NCBI GenBank assembly: GCA_034664005.1
Contig: JAXDIL010000118.1
Location: forward strand, 25,400-89,399
Length of the DNA: 64,000 bases
Direction: 5' to 3'
DNA from: Thermoleophilaceae bacterium
Lineage (GTDB): Bacteria > Actinomycetota > Thermoleophilia > Solirubrobacterales > Thermoleophilaceae
Positions 1 to 7,447 of this stretch are shown here, piece after piece. Each line of letters starts with the position of its first letter. The first letter of the stretch is position 1. Under the pieces are notes generated by a model. The model ran no database searches, was not told the DNA's origin, and saw nothing but the letters and a program-made list of their open reading frames with translations. A program made the translations under genes and the position numbers.

Positions 1-1835
1 TCCGGCACGGACGCGACCCCCAGGCTCGCCGTCACGCTCAGGCTGCCGCCTCCACCCACGCGCGGGACCTCCAGTGCCTCGATCCCCGCGCGTATCCGCT
101 CGGCGAGCATCTGGGCGCCGGCGCCGTCGGTCTGGGGAAGGATCACCGCCAGCTCCTCGCCGCCGTAGCGAGCGGCGGCGTCGAGGTCGCGTGACGCGTC
201 GCGCAGCACGCCCGCCACGCGGGCGAGCACCTGGTCGCCCTGCTGGTGCCCGTAAGTGTCGTTCACCTGCTTGAAGTCGTCTATGTCGAGCATGATCAGG
301 GCCAGCGGGGAGCCGAAGCGGCGGCTCCGCTCCATCTCCCGGTTCAGGATCGACAGGAAGGCGCGGACGTTGGCCAGGCCGGTCAGCTCGTCCGTGGTGG
401 CCTGGCGCTCGACCGTCTCGTGCAGGCTCGCGTTCTCGACCGACACGACCGCCTGGCCCGCCAGGTACTCGAGCAGCTCGCTTTCCTCGCGCGAGAAGGG
501 CGCTCCGTTACGAGCGATCGAGATCGCGCCCAGGTACTCGGGCCCGTCCACCACCGAGCGGAGGCCGATCGAGAGCGAGTGCACGTCGCGCACCTGGCCC
601 GCCACGGCGCGTCGCGTGCGCTCCGCGTCCTCGTCTCCCTCCAGCGCGCCCAGCAGCTCCGGGCCCACCTCCGAGCTGATCGCGAACACGTCGCGTTCCG
701 CAGCCTCGATCGCCTCGAGGAAGCCGCCCCTGACGGCGCCCACCTCGCACCCGCCGAACGCGCCGCGCGCGAGCGGCAGCGCCCGGCCCACCTCGGCGTC
801 GCATGCGTCCACCGCCTGGCGCACGGCCAGCGCCACGACGCCGCGGCGGTCGAGGCCCGTGGCAAGCGCGTCGCCCACGCGCCGGATCGTCTCGGCGAGC
901 TCCTCGCGCTTGTGCTCCACCTCCTCGATCTTCGCCTCGAGCTGCGCCGACATGTCGTTGAACTCGCGGCCGAGCTCCGCGAACTCGTCGTTGCCGTGGA
1001 GCGGCACGAGCTGGCGGAAGTCCCCGCGCGACAGCCGCCGGGCGGCCGCGAGGAAGGTCGCTATCTGGCCGGTGAGCGCGCGGCTCACGAGTCCGGCCGA
1101 GATCAGCGCGAGCAGCACGAACACCAGCAACAGGCTCGCGATCAGCACGCGATTGGTTGCGATGTGCTCGCTGAAGGACGCCGTCGGGGTCAGCACGGCC
1201 ACGCGCACCGGGCGGCCGGCCGGGCCCGCGAAGGAGAGCGACTTGCCGCGGTACTCCTCGCCTGCCACCTCGAAGTTGGTCGGGTCGGCTGCGGGCGGGA
1301 AGCTCGCGCGCAGGCCGTTCTGGACGGTTGACGCGAGCGTCCGCTCGCCGCGCACAACCGCCACGTCAAGACCCGTGAGCGCCGCGATCCTCCGCGTCAA
1401 GCGCGTCGCGTCCGTGGCCGACACGGACAGGACGCTCGTGGGGCCGCCCTTGACGACCAGCTCCGACCCGGCTGCGGCGACCCCCTGGCTGGGCCCGGCA
1501 TGCGCGATCCGCGCCCCGCTCCCACGTTCCAGCTCAATCGAGACCCGGTAGCGCCGCGCCAGGCGGCGCACGCGCGCCGCCGCCTCGCGGATCTGGCCGC
1601 GCGCGAGCGCGCGCTGAAGCCCCGGATCGCGCTCGACGTGGCCAAGCATGCGCCGGGACCGGTCGAGCTCCTCGTTATAGACGCCGGCGGCCGTGCGCGT
1701 GGCGGCGGCGATGCCGGCGTCCACCTTGCCCGTCTCGCTGCGTGCCGACAGCGCGAACAGGACGATTCCGAGCGCGAGCAGAGGCACGATGACGATGACC
1801 GTGAAGAACAGCCTCAGGCGACCGCGAAAGCTCAT
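1..1835 (-). CDS. Membrane-anchored sensor diguanylate cyclase (GGDEF domain); C-terminus lies beyond the left window edge
   Basis: Own minus-strand translation. ATG at 1835-1833 gives MSFRGRLRLFFTVIVIVPLLALGIVLF (N-terminal TM helix). Bases 299-1 read LIMLDIDDFKQVNDTYGHQQGDQVLARVAGVLRDASRDLDAAARYGGEELAVILPQTD, a canonical GGDEF block. It is absent from the ORF track because no stop lies in the window. The + strand ORFs 246-1551 are antisense artefacts. Confidence 0.9.
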   Translation of the reverse strand, partial: MSFRGRLRLFFTVIVIVPLLALGIVLFALSARSETGKVDAGIAAATRTAAGVYNEELDRSRRMLGHVERDPGLQRALARGQIREAAARVRRLARRYRVSIELERGSGARIAHAGPSQGVAAAGSELVVKGGPTSVLSVSATDATRLTRRIAALTGLDVAVVRGERTLASTVQNGLRASFPPAADPTNFEVAGEEYRGKSLSFAGPAGRPVRVAVLTPTASFSEHIATNRVLIASLLLVFVLLALISAGLVSRALTGQIATFLAAARRLSRGDFRQLVPLHGNDEFAELGREFNDMSAQLEAKIEEVEHKREELAETIRRVGDALATGLDRRGVVALAVRQAVDACDAEVGRALPLARGAFGGCEVGAVRGGFLEAIEAAERDVFAISSEVGPELLGALEGDEDAERTRRAVAGQVRDVHSLSIGLRSVVDGPEYLGAISIARNGAPFSREESELLEYLAGQAVVSVENASLHETVERQATTDELTGLANVRAFLSILNREMERSRRFGSPLALIMLDIDDFKQVNDTYGHQQGDQVLARVAGVLRDASRDLDAAARYGGEELAVILPQTDGAGAQMLAERIRAGIEALEVPRVGGGGSLSVTASLGVASVP

Positions 1836-1918
1836 CCTGGACGTACCCCCATCTACAAGGCTACTCGGCAATCACGGCAATACCTGCACCTGCAGCGCCG
1901 CTACCATGGACCGGCCAC

Positions 1919-1991
1919 GGGGCTATAGCTCAGTTGGGAGAGCGCCTGGATCGCACCCAGGAGGCCGCCGGTTCGAGTCCGGCTAGCTCCA
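1919..1991 (+). tRNA. tRNA-Ala (anticodon CGC)
   Basis: 73-nt cloverleaf folded by hand. Acceptor GGGGCTA/TAGCTCC with the G3:U70 alanine identity pair. D arm GCTC-AGTTGGGA-GAGC. Anticodon arm CCTGG-ATCGCAC-CCAGG with CGC at 34-36. T arm GCCGG-TTCGAGT-CCGGC. Discriminator A; CCA not encoded. Confidence 0.95.
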
Positions 1992-2167
1992 TCGGAAGAG
2001 GACCCGCTCTGGAAGCGGCGTTGCCCGGATGCCGGTCTTAGCGAGCAGACGTTGCAGGCGCGTTGGGGCCGTGGCTATCCCCAATTCCATCCCCGAAACC
2101 TTCCGTCACGGCCTGGGACCCGGCCACCCTGCCTGCTCATTGACGACCTACCTCTCTATTCGTGTAG

Positions 2168-2926
2168 ATGAACCAGAAGCAGCGTGCACGTGCAGAGGCG
2201 TTGATGGAACTGGTGACGTCCCGGCTTCCCGCTGAGTTTGACGTGACCGCGGACCACGACGCCTGGCCATTCTTCGGCTACGCGCTCTTGAGTCGAACGA
2301 CGGGCACGCTCGACTCGGTGTTTCGTCTCCAGCCAACCGAGCGCGGCTCCGACGCGATGACGCTCGTGCGCAGCCTCTACGAGCACATAGTGCACTTCGC
2401 GTGGCTCTCCGCCGACCCGTCGGCCGAACGCATCGGTCAGTGGCGGAAGCATGACCTGACCGAGCGGCTCAAGGCCGACAACGACACACAGTCCGTCGGC
2501 GTCGAGCTCTTCACCCCGGCGCAGCGGCAGAACTTCGAGGCGCAGCGAGATGCACTACCGGGCGCGAACTCGCTCGTGCTCGCGAACCTCGCCGGCGAGG
2601 CCGACGACTACTGGAACGGCAAAGTCGAGGGCCTGCAGTCTCGGCACCAACCGCGCTCGTTTCGGGGGCTCTACGCGACGGCGTACCGGTTCCAAAGCGG
2701 CCTCGCCCATCCTGGCGAGCGCAGCCTCCACCCGGTCGTGCAGGACGTGACCGCAAGACGCAAGCTGGTGAAGGTGGAGGACTCATTCGAAGGCAATGGC
2801 CCGTACGGCATGGCTACGACCGTCTACGCGCTCGGCCTGCTCGTAGCTGAACAGTCGCTCGGCTGGCCGACCAACGCCGAGGTCAACGCCGTCTTCCAAC
2901 GCGGTCGGGGGCTTATCCAGTCCTGA
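2168..2926 (+). CDS. Hypothetical helical protein (weak resemblance to DUF5677-type proteins)
   Basis: 252-aa ORF with coding-like composition. The stretch LVRSLYEHIVHFAWLSADP recalls DUF5677-type helical proteins, from memory only. It is the first gene after the tRNA. Confidence 0.6.
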   Translation: MNQKQRARAEALMELVTSRLPAEFDVTADHDAWPFFGYALLSRTTGTLDSVFRLQPTERGSDAMTLVRSLYEHIVHFAWLSADPSAERIGQWRKHDLTERLKADNDTQSVGVELFTPAQRQNFEAQRDALPGANSLVLANLAGEADDYWNGKVEGLQSRHQPRSFRGLYATAYRFQSGLAHPGERSLHPVVQDVTARRKLVKVEDSFEGNGPYGMATTVYALGLLVAEQSLGWPTNAEVNAVFQRGRGLIQS

Positions 2927-3408
2927 AAGTGGCGGTTCGCCTCCAACCGCGATTCGTTGCCATCGTCCCAGGGCTCCCAGTCCTGCTCCTGCCTGGGCTG
3001 CATCAAGGCCGTGCGCTCGTTGATGGCAACGAACGCCTCCGCGAGCTTGACGTTCGCGAGTGGCGTGGCGACTAGCCACGGTCCCTTCTCTGCGGCGAGC
3101 GCTTTGAGACGGTCGACCAGCTGCTCAAAGCCCAGGTCGTCCTCGCCCGCATCCACCAGCTGTTGGACGATGTCGCGCATCAGCATGCGCTCGCTCGCGA
3201 ACAATCTGAAGACCTGCAGATGATGGCGTCGGACAGCGCTTGCGCACTGACGAATGAGAATCCAGTCGGGTTCTGAGAAGAAGTCGGTCAGCGGTCGAAA
3301 TGCACGGGAGACCTCCCCGGGCTCCAGTGGCTCGTTCTGCCTCGCGTTTGCGCGCCGGACAACCGCCTGAAGGGCCCCTAGGTCGAACGTGGGCGTTCCG
3401 GCGCTCAT
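2824..3408 (-). CDS. Hypothetical protein, possibly 3'-truncated or decayed
   Basis: 194-aa ORF. The first ~160 residues look coding. The last ~33 residues lie inside the convergent gene 2168-2926 (103-bp overlap) and look like out-of-frame read-through. Confidence 0.45.
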   Translation of the reverse strand: MSAGTPTFDLGALQAVVRRANARQNEPLEPGEVSRAFRPLTDFFSEPDWILIRQCASAVRRHHLQVFRLFASERMLMRDIVQQLVDAGEDDLGFEQLVDRLKALAAEKGPWLVATPLANVKLAEAFVAINERTALMQPRQEQDWEPWDDGNESRLEANRHFQDWISPRPRWKTALTSALVGQPSDCSATSRPSA

Positions 3409-3479
3409 AAGCGCATCGTGCGACCACGGCCGGACGCGACGCGCCGGCCGTTGCCGTCAGTGTCGGCACTTACTCTCGG

Positions 3480-4475
3480 ATGCTGATGCCAGAGCAAGTA
3501 CGGCACATCCCTTGGTGGCGATGGCTGCTGGGAGCAGTGACCATCGCCGCTGTTGTCTACGTCGGTGCCGCCGAGAACGTGGCGACGGCCATCGTCGCCG
3601 CCATCGGTATCGCCGCAGCTGTCTTCACCGTCTGGAATCCGTTCGCTGCTCGGCCGCATCCGACCCTCAGCTTGGAACCCGTCGGCAAAGGCGAGACGAC
3701 GCACGTCAGCGTCGGGTCGGCGGTGCGTCCCGTTGACGTCGACGCGGTTGTTGAGGACGCGCGCTCGATAGCCCTCGTGTCGCGCCCGTCGGCCCTGATG
3801 TTCACGATGTTGAAGTACGCCAAGCCCACCGCGGAAGACCACGCGAAGTACGGGGCTGACGTAGAGACGTACGCCGAGGAGGTGCGGTCCTGGGCGGAAG
3901 CCGCTGAGGAGTGGCTCCGCGCTCAGGACTCGGTTCTCCACGCCCGTGTCATCCAGCGCAACTCAAGTTCCGTCGACGCCGAGGACGCCGGCATCTACGT
4001 TCTCCTTCCGCCGGGAACCGAGGAGCTCTCAGACGTCCCTGAGCCGCCTACGCCTCCTGACCGTCCCGCCTTCCCGTTGAGGAAGTCCGCGCTCTCTATG
4101 GCTATGGACCCGTCGCCGCTGAGCGGATATCACTGGCCGCGGGTGAGCCCAGTGGGAATCACGGAGTTCGAGCCGGTTTCGCTCTGGGACCCTGACTACG
4201 AACGGATGCCCGACGGACGCCTGCGCGTCTCCTATCAGCGTCAGCCCGTACGCCACGGCGAAATCGAGCCCACCGGCCGCCCGTTCATGGTCCGGCTTCC
4301 GCCCGGCGAGTGCGAAGCCCGCTGGGAGGTGCATGCCCGAAACCTCTCGCACCATGCATCGGGCAGTTGGACCGTCTCCTGCCAACCCGACTACTCGGGC
4401 GAGGCCATCACGACCTTGGCCGACCTCGAAGCCGCACTCGGCATTGAAGGCGACGACCCCGCCGAGGATGAGTAG
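3480..4475 (+). CDS. Membrane-anchored hypothetical protein (two predicted N-terminal TM helices)
   Basis: 331-aa ORF. The N-terminus WWRWLLGAVTIAAVVYVGAAENVATAIVAAIGIAAAVFTVW is hydrophobic, followed by a ~260-aa soluble domain with no motif I recognise and an acidic C-terminus. Confidence 0.7.
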   Translation: MLMPEQVRHIPWWRWLLGAVTIAAVVYVGAAENVATAIVAAIGIAAAVFTVWNPFAARPHPTLSLEPVGKGETTHVSVGSAVRPVDVDAVVEDARSIALVSRPSALMFTMLKYAKPTAEDHAKYGADVETYAEEVRSWAEAAEEWLRAQDSVLHARVIQRNSSSVDAEDAGIYVLLPPGTEELSDVPEPPTPPDRPAFPLRKSALSMAMDPSPLSGYHWPRVSPVGITEFEPVSLWDPDYERMPDGRLRVSYQRQPVRHGEIEPTGRPFMVRLPPGECEARWEVHARNLSHHASGSWTVSCQPDYSGEAITTLADLEAALGIEGDDPAEDE

Positions 4476-4564
4476 TCAGCGCGGGGCTACGGGGCTGGAG
4501 TCAGGCCCACCCACAGCAGAAACCGGGTACTGGGCGGCAATCTGAGTCCATACTCCGCCTGCAA

Positions 4565-5332
4565 ATGGACAGCACGCCTCTTATCGCCGTCGGCGCCGAC
4601 GCCGCTCCGGCCGGCTGGGCCGCGGCTTGTTTGTACGCCGACGCGCTCACGCCAGGAGAGGCGACTACTTGGGAGACGCGACTTCATCTAGCCGCCACCG
4701 TCGAGGAGTTGGTGGCCATGTGTGGCGACGCCGCTGGGTCGAGGCCTCCGGTGGCCATCGACATCCCCATCGGTTTGCCCGAGACCGTTCGCTACCGGCG
4801 CTGCGACGAACAGGCGCGCGAGCTCCTCGGCGGCCGACGGGATTCGGTGTTCCCACCGCCGGCTCGCTACATGCTCGAAGCCGCCGGCGACTACACCGCC
4901 ATCCGGGAGCTGGTCGCAGCCGAGAAGAAGCGGAACCCAGCAGCTCGCGGTTACAGCGCCCAGGCGGCGGGCATCACCACCAAAGTCAGGGAGGTCGACG
5001 CGTGGGTGTGTGCCCACCCGGAGAGTGAGGCGTGGCTGTTCGAGTGCCATCCCGAGCTCAGCTTCTACGCGCTAAATGACGGCGGGGCCCTGCCGAGCAA
5101 GCACTCGGCTGCTGGGCTAGTTCAGCGATTGGGGCGCATCCGCGAGCTTTTCCCGGATGCCGAGGCTCAACTGGCGGATGGGCCATGGTCGGGCAAGCAG
5201 GCGGCGCCGGCTGACTTTCTCGATGCCTACGGCGCACTCGGCACGGCGCTTGTCTGCGCGCGCCACGACCAAGAAGAGCTCGGCGACGGCGAGCGCGACG
5301 TCCGGGGCGTGCTCATGCGGATGGCGATGTAG
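4565..5332 (+). CDS. DUF429 family protein (predicted RNase H-like fold nuclease)
   Basis: 255 aa. The pattern GADAAPAGW...VAIDIPIGLPE...RRCDEQARELLGGRRDSVFPPPAR...GYSAQAAGITTKVREVD...ECHPELSF...DFLDAY matches the conserved blocks I know for DUF429. Confidence 0.75.
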   Translation: MDSTPLIAVGADAAPAGWAAACLYADALTPGEATTWETRLHLAATVEELVAMCGDAAGSRPPVAIDIPIGLPETVRYRRCDEQARELLGGRRDSVFPPPARYMLEAAGDYTAIRELVAAEKKRNPAARGYSAQAAGITTKVREVDAWVCAHPESEAWLFECHPELSFYALNDGGALPSKHSAAGLVQRLGRIRELFPDAEAQLADGPWSGKQAAPADFLDAYGALGTALVCARHDQEELGDGERDVRGVLMRMAM

Positions 5333-5398
5333 AGGCCCCTCTGGGCCTTGGTGGTCGGGGCGACGGGCTACGCGTGGGTCCGGGACTAACACTCGGTG

Positions 5399-5980
5399 TC
5401 AGGTCCGTACGGCCGCCACCGCTTTGCTCAGCTCGGCCCAGCCCACCGGCCCCCGAGTGTGCCGGTCCAGGAAGCCCATGCCCACGGAGCGCGCCCGGTT
5501 GTCGCGGACCGCGTCGGCGTCGGCGACATAGAAGGCCCACTGGTCGACGTCGAGCGGCGCGTACTCGCTTGGCACCCTGCAGGTGTGGATAGCGAAGACG
5601 AACACGTCCGCCCGCACCTCACGCTCTGTGCCCCAGCCGCGCTTGTCGTCCCAAGAGAGCCCGGTGAGTCCGGTGAAGCGGATGTCGGAGAGCTTGCGCT
5701 GCGCCCAGCTCTGCAGGTACGCCGATGACTTGACCTCGATGCGGGTTCCGTCCGGCGTGAGCACGTCGTAGTTGTCCCACGCCGTCCGTACCGGTTGTTC
5801 GGCCCCGACGGCCTTGGCAACGAGGAACTCCGCGAGCACGCCGCGAACGATGTTGGTGCGGAGGTCGCTGAAGGCGAAGCTCCAGAAATCACGCACTGTC
5901 GTACCGGTCCCGGTGAAGCGCTCGCTGCCGTCGAGCGGGGCGACCTCTGTCGGCTCAAGCCATTCTGGTTCGTCGTCCAC
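5399..5980 (-). CDS. PD-(D/E)xK nuclease-like protein
   Basis: 193 aa. VRDFWSFAFSDLRTNIVRGVLAEFLVAKAV...WDNYDVLTPDGTRIEVKSSAYLQSW contains a D-x(n)-E-x-K core (YD...IEVK) typical of restriction-endonuclease-fold proteins. Confidence 0.7.
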   Translation of the reverse strand: MDDEPEWLEPTEVAPLDGSERFTGTGTTVRDFWSFAFSDLRTNIVRGVLAEFLVAKAVGAEQPVRTAWDNYDVLTPDGTRIEVKSSAYLQSWAQRKLSDIRFTGLTGLSWDDKRGWGTEREVRADVFVFAIHTCRVPSEYAPLDVDQWAFYVADADAVRDNRARSVGMGFLDRHTRGPVGWAELSKAVAAVRT

Positions 5981-6052
5981 GCGCGCCTCCTACGCGGTAC
6001 GGCCCAGAGCGCCTAGCGGGTCAGAACCCATGCACCCAGACACGGCCTCTGC

Positions 6053-7285
6053 TCACTCCTTGCCCGGGGTGTGGATGAAGAAGGTGTTCAGGTCGGCGTG
6101 ACGACGCTCGTCACCGGGCCAGCTGACGGTTGCCCGAAGCTCAGTCTCGGCAGCGGGGTCTTGCCACTCGACGAACTGCTCGTGAGCTTCGAGCGTCTCC
6201 CGCGCCTTCTCAATGATTTCCGTGAGCTCGCGCTGGCGGACGAACATCACGATGGCGAGTTTGGTGTCGCGCCAAGCCGTGTAGCGAAAGAGCTGGTCAA
6301 TCGTCTCCGAGAACCCCTTGGGTCCGCTCCAGAACTTGCACTCGCCAATGAAGAGGCTGCTGCCCTCATAGGAGACGAGGATGTCGGTCTTGCCCTGAGC
6401 GTTGAACGCCTCGGCGGTGGTATGGCCGCGATAGTGGGTGTGTAGGGCCGCGACCAGAACCTGTCGCCGGTCCTCCTCGCCCATTCCTTCGTAGGTGGCG
6501 GGGCTCGACTCCATCTTTTCGCCGGTTGCGCGGATGACCCCGAGGATGTGGTCGAAGACTTCCTTCGCGAGCACGGGTTCCAGCTGGACCGGTTCCTCTT
6601 CGCGCCTGGGCAGCTCGGGCGCCGGCAGTCGCAAGAGCGCCTCGGCGATATAGGTCTTCTCCTGCTGGTCTGGCGGTCCGACTGGCAAGCCCGTGTCGGC
6701 GATGTGCTGCTGATGGCGCTCGACGTGGTCGCGGCGGACACGGATGGCTTGCAGGGCCGTGTTCTTCAGGTCCGCGTTGTGTTGGTCTATGTCGTTGCGC
6801 GACCAGGTGAGGTGTTGCTCGACCTTGCTGGCGAGCTGCTGAGCGTGCGCCGTGATGTTGACCGGCGAGTCTTGGGGGTACTCGATGACGTCGGTGAGCT
6901 CGTGCTCGTGCACCGCCGCCCGCGGTGGGTTCATGCTGAACTGGCTCGCCTGCAGATTGAAGACGCCGTGGTCGCCGTCGAAGGGGATGTGGATGACGAC
7001 GCGGTAGCCGGGGATTAGCGCGCGTCGACCTGGAATCACGGCCCGCCTGAAATCGTGAGAAACGTCGACCTCGACCTGTGCCGGCTCGTCCTGCCACATC
7101 TTCTCCGGACGCAGGACCGGAGGCTCCACGCGGTATCGCTCGGCAAGGGCGTCCGCCCAGGCATCCTCGTCCGCTTGAAGGACGTGCTCGTCCGGAGTCT
7201 TCTGGACATCCTGGGACAAGCGCGCCTTGATGTTCTGAAGCGTGCCGCGCAGGTCGCCCCCGTAGAAGAGCAGGTCGCCGACCAT
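6053..7285 (-). CDS. Hypothetical protein with C-terminal PD-(D/E)xK nuclease-like domain
   Basis: 410 aa. The C-terminal GKTDILVSYEGSSLFIGECKFWSGPKGF...RDTKLAIVMFV has a D...E-C-K motif. The N-terminal ~280 aa has no motif I recognise. Same strand as hsdR, 162 bp downstream of it. Confidence 0.75.
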   Translation of the reverse strand: MVGDLLFYGGDLRGTLQNIKARLSQDVQKTPDEHVLQADEDAWADALAERYRVEPPVLRPEKMWQDEPAQVEVDVSHDFRRAVIPGRRALIPGYRVVIHIPFDGDHGVFNLQASQFSMNPPRAAVHEHELTDVIEYPQDSPVNITAHAQQLASKVEQHLTWSRNDIDQHNADLKNTALQAIRVRRDHVERHQQHIADTGLPVGPPDQQEKTYIAEALLRLPAPELPRREEEPVQLEPVLAKEVFDHILGVIRATGEKMESSPATYEGMGEEDRRQVLVAALHTHYRGHTTAEAFNAQGKTDILVSYEGSSLFIGECKFWSGPKGFSETIDQLFRYTAWRDTKLAIVMFVRQRELTEIIEKARETLEAHEQFVEWQDPAAETELRATVSWPGDERRHADLNTFFIHTPGKE

Positions 7286-7429
7286 GCACGGACCGTACTG
7301 GCGCGTCCCGACGGCTCAGGCGCCCAAAACCACCCCTCCGGACAGGCGCGCAGCAAGCCCCGGTTTACCAGCCGAAGCTCTCTGCGGTGCGGCTGTCCCT
7401 GAGCGGCGTTCATCTCTGCCGAGCCGTTT

Positions 7430-7444
7430 GCCCGGGCGCCGGGC
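7430..7444 (-). terminator. Short GC hairpin just downstream of the hsdR stop (weak terminator candidate)
   Basis: The minus strand reads GCCCGG-CGC-CCGGGC (6-bp stem, 3-nt loop) starting 4 nt after the hsdR stop. There is no U-tract, so the call is weak. Confidence 0.3.
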
Positions 7445-7447
7445 CTC

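Noticed and set aside
246-1551. 361-aa and 431-aa plus-strand ORFs at the left edge
   Set aside because: They are antisense to the GGDEF sensor gene, which has clear motifs on the minus strand. Their translations are low-complexity.
2141-2170. TTGACG -35-like hexamer upstream of the first island gene
   Set aside because: No acceptable -10 hexamer lies at 16-19 nt spacing, so the evidence is too weak for a promoter call.
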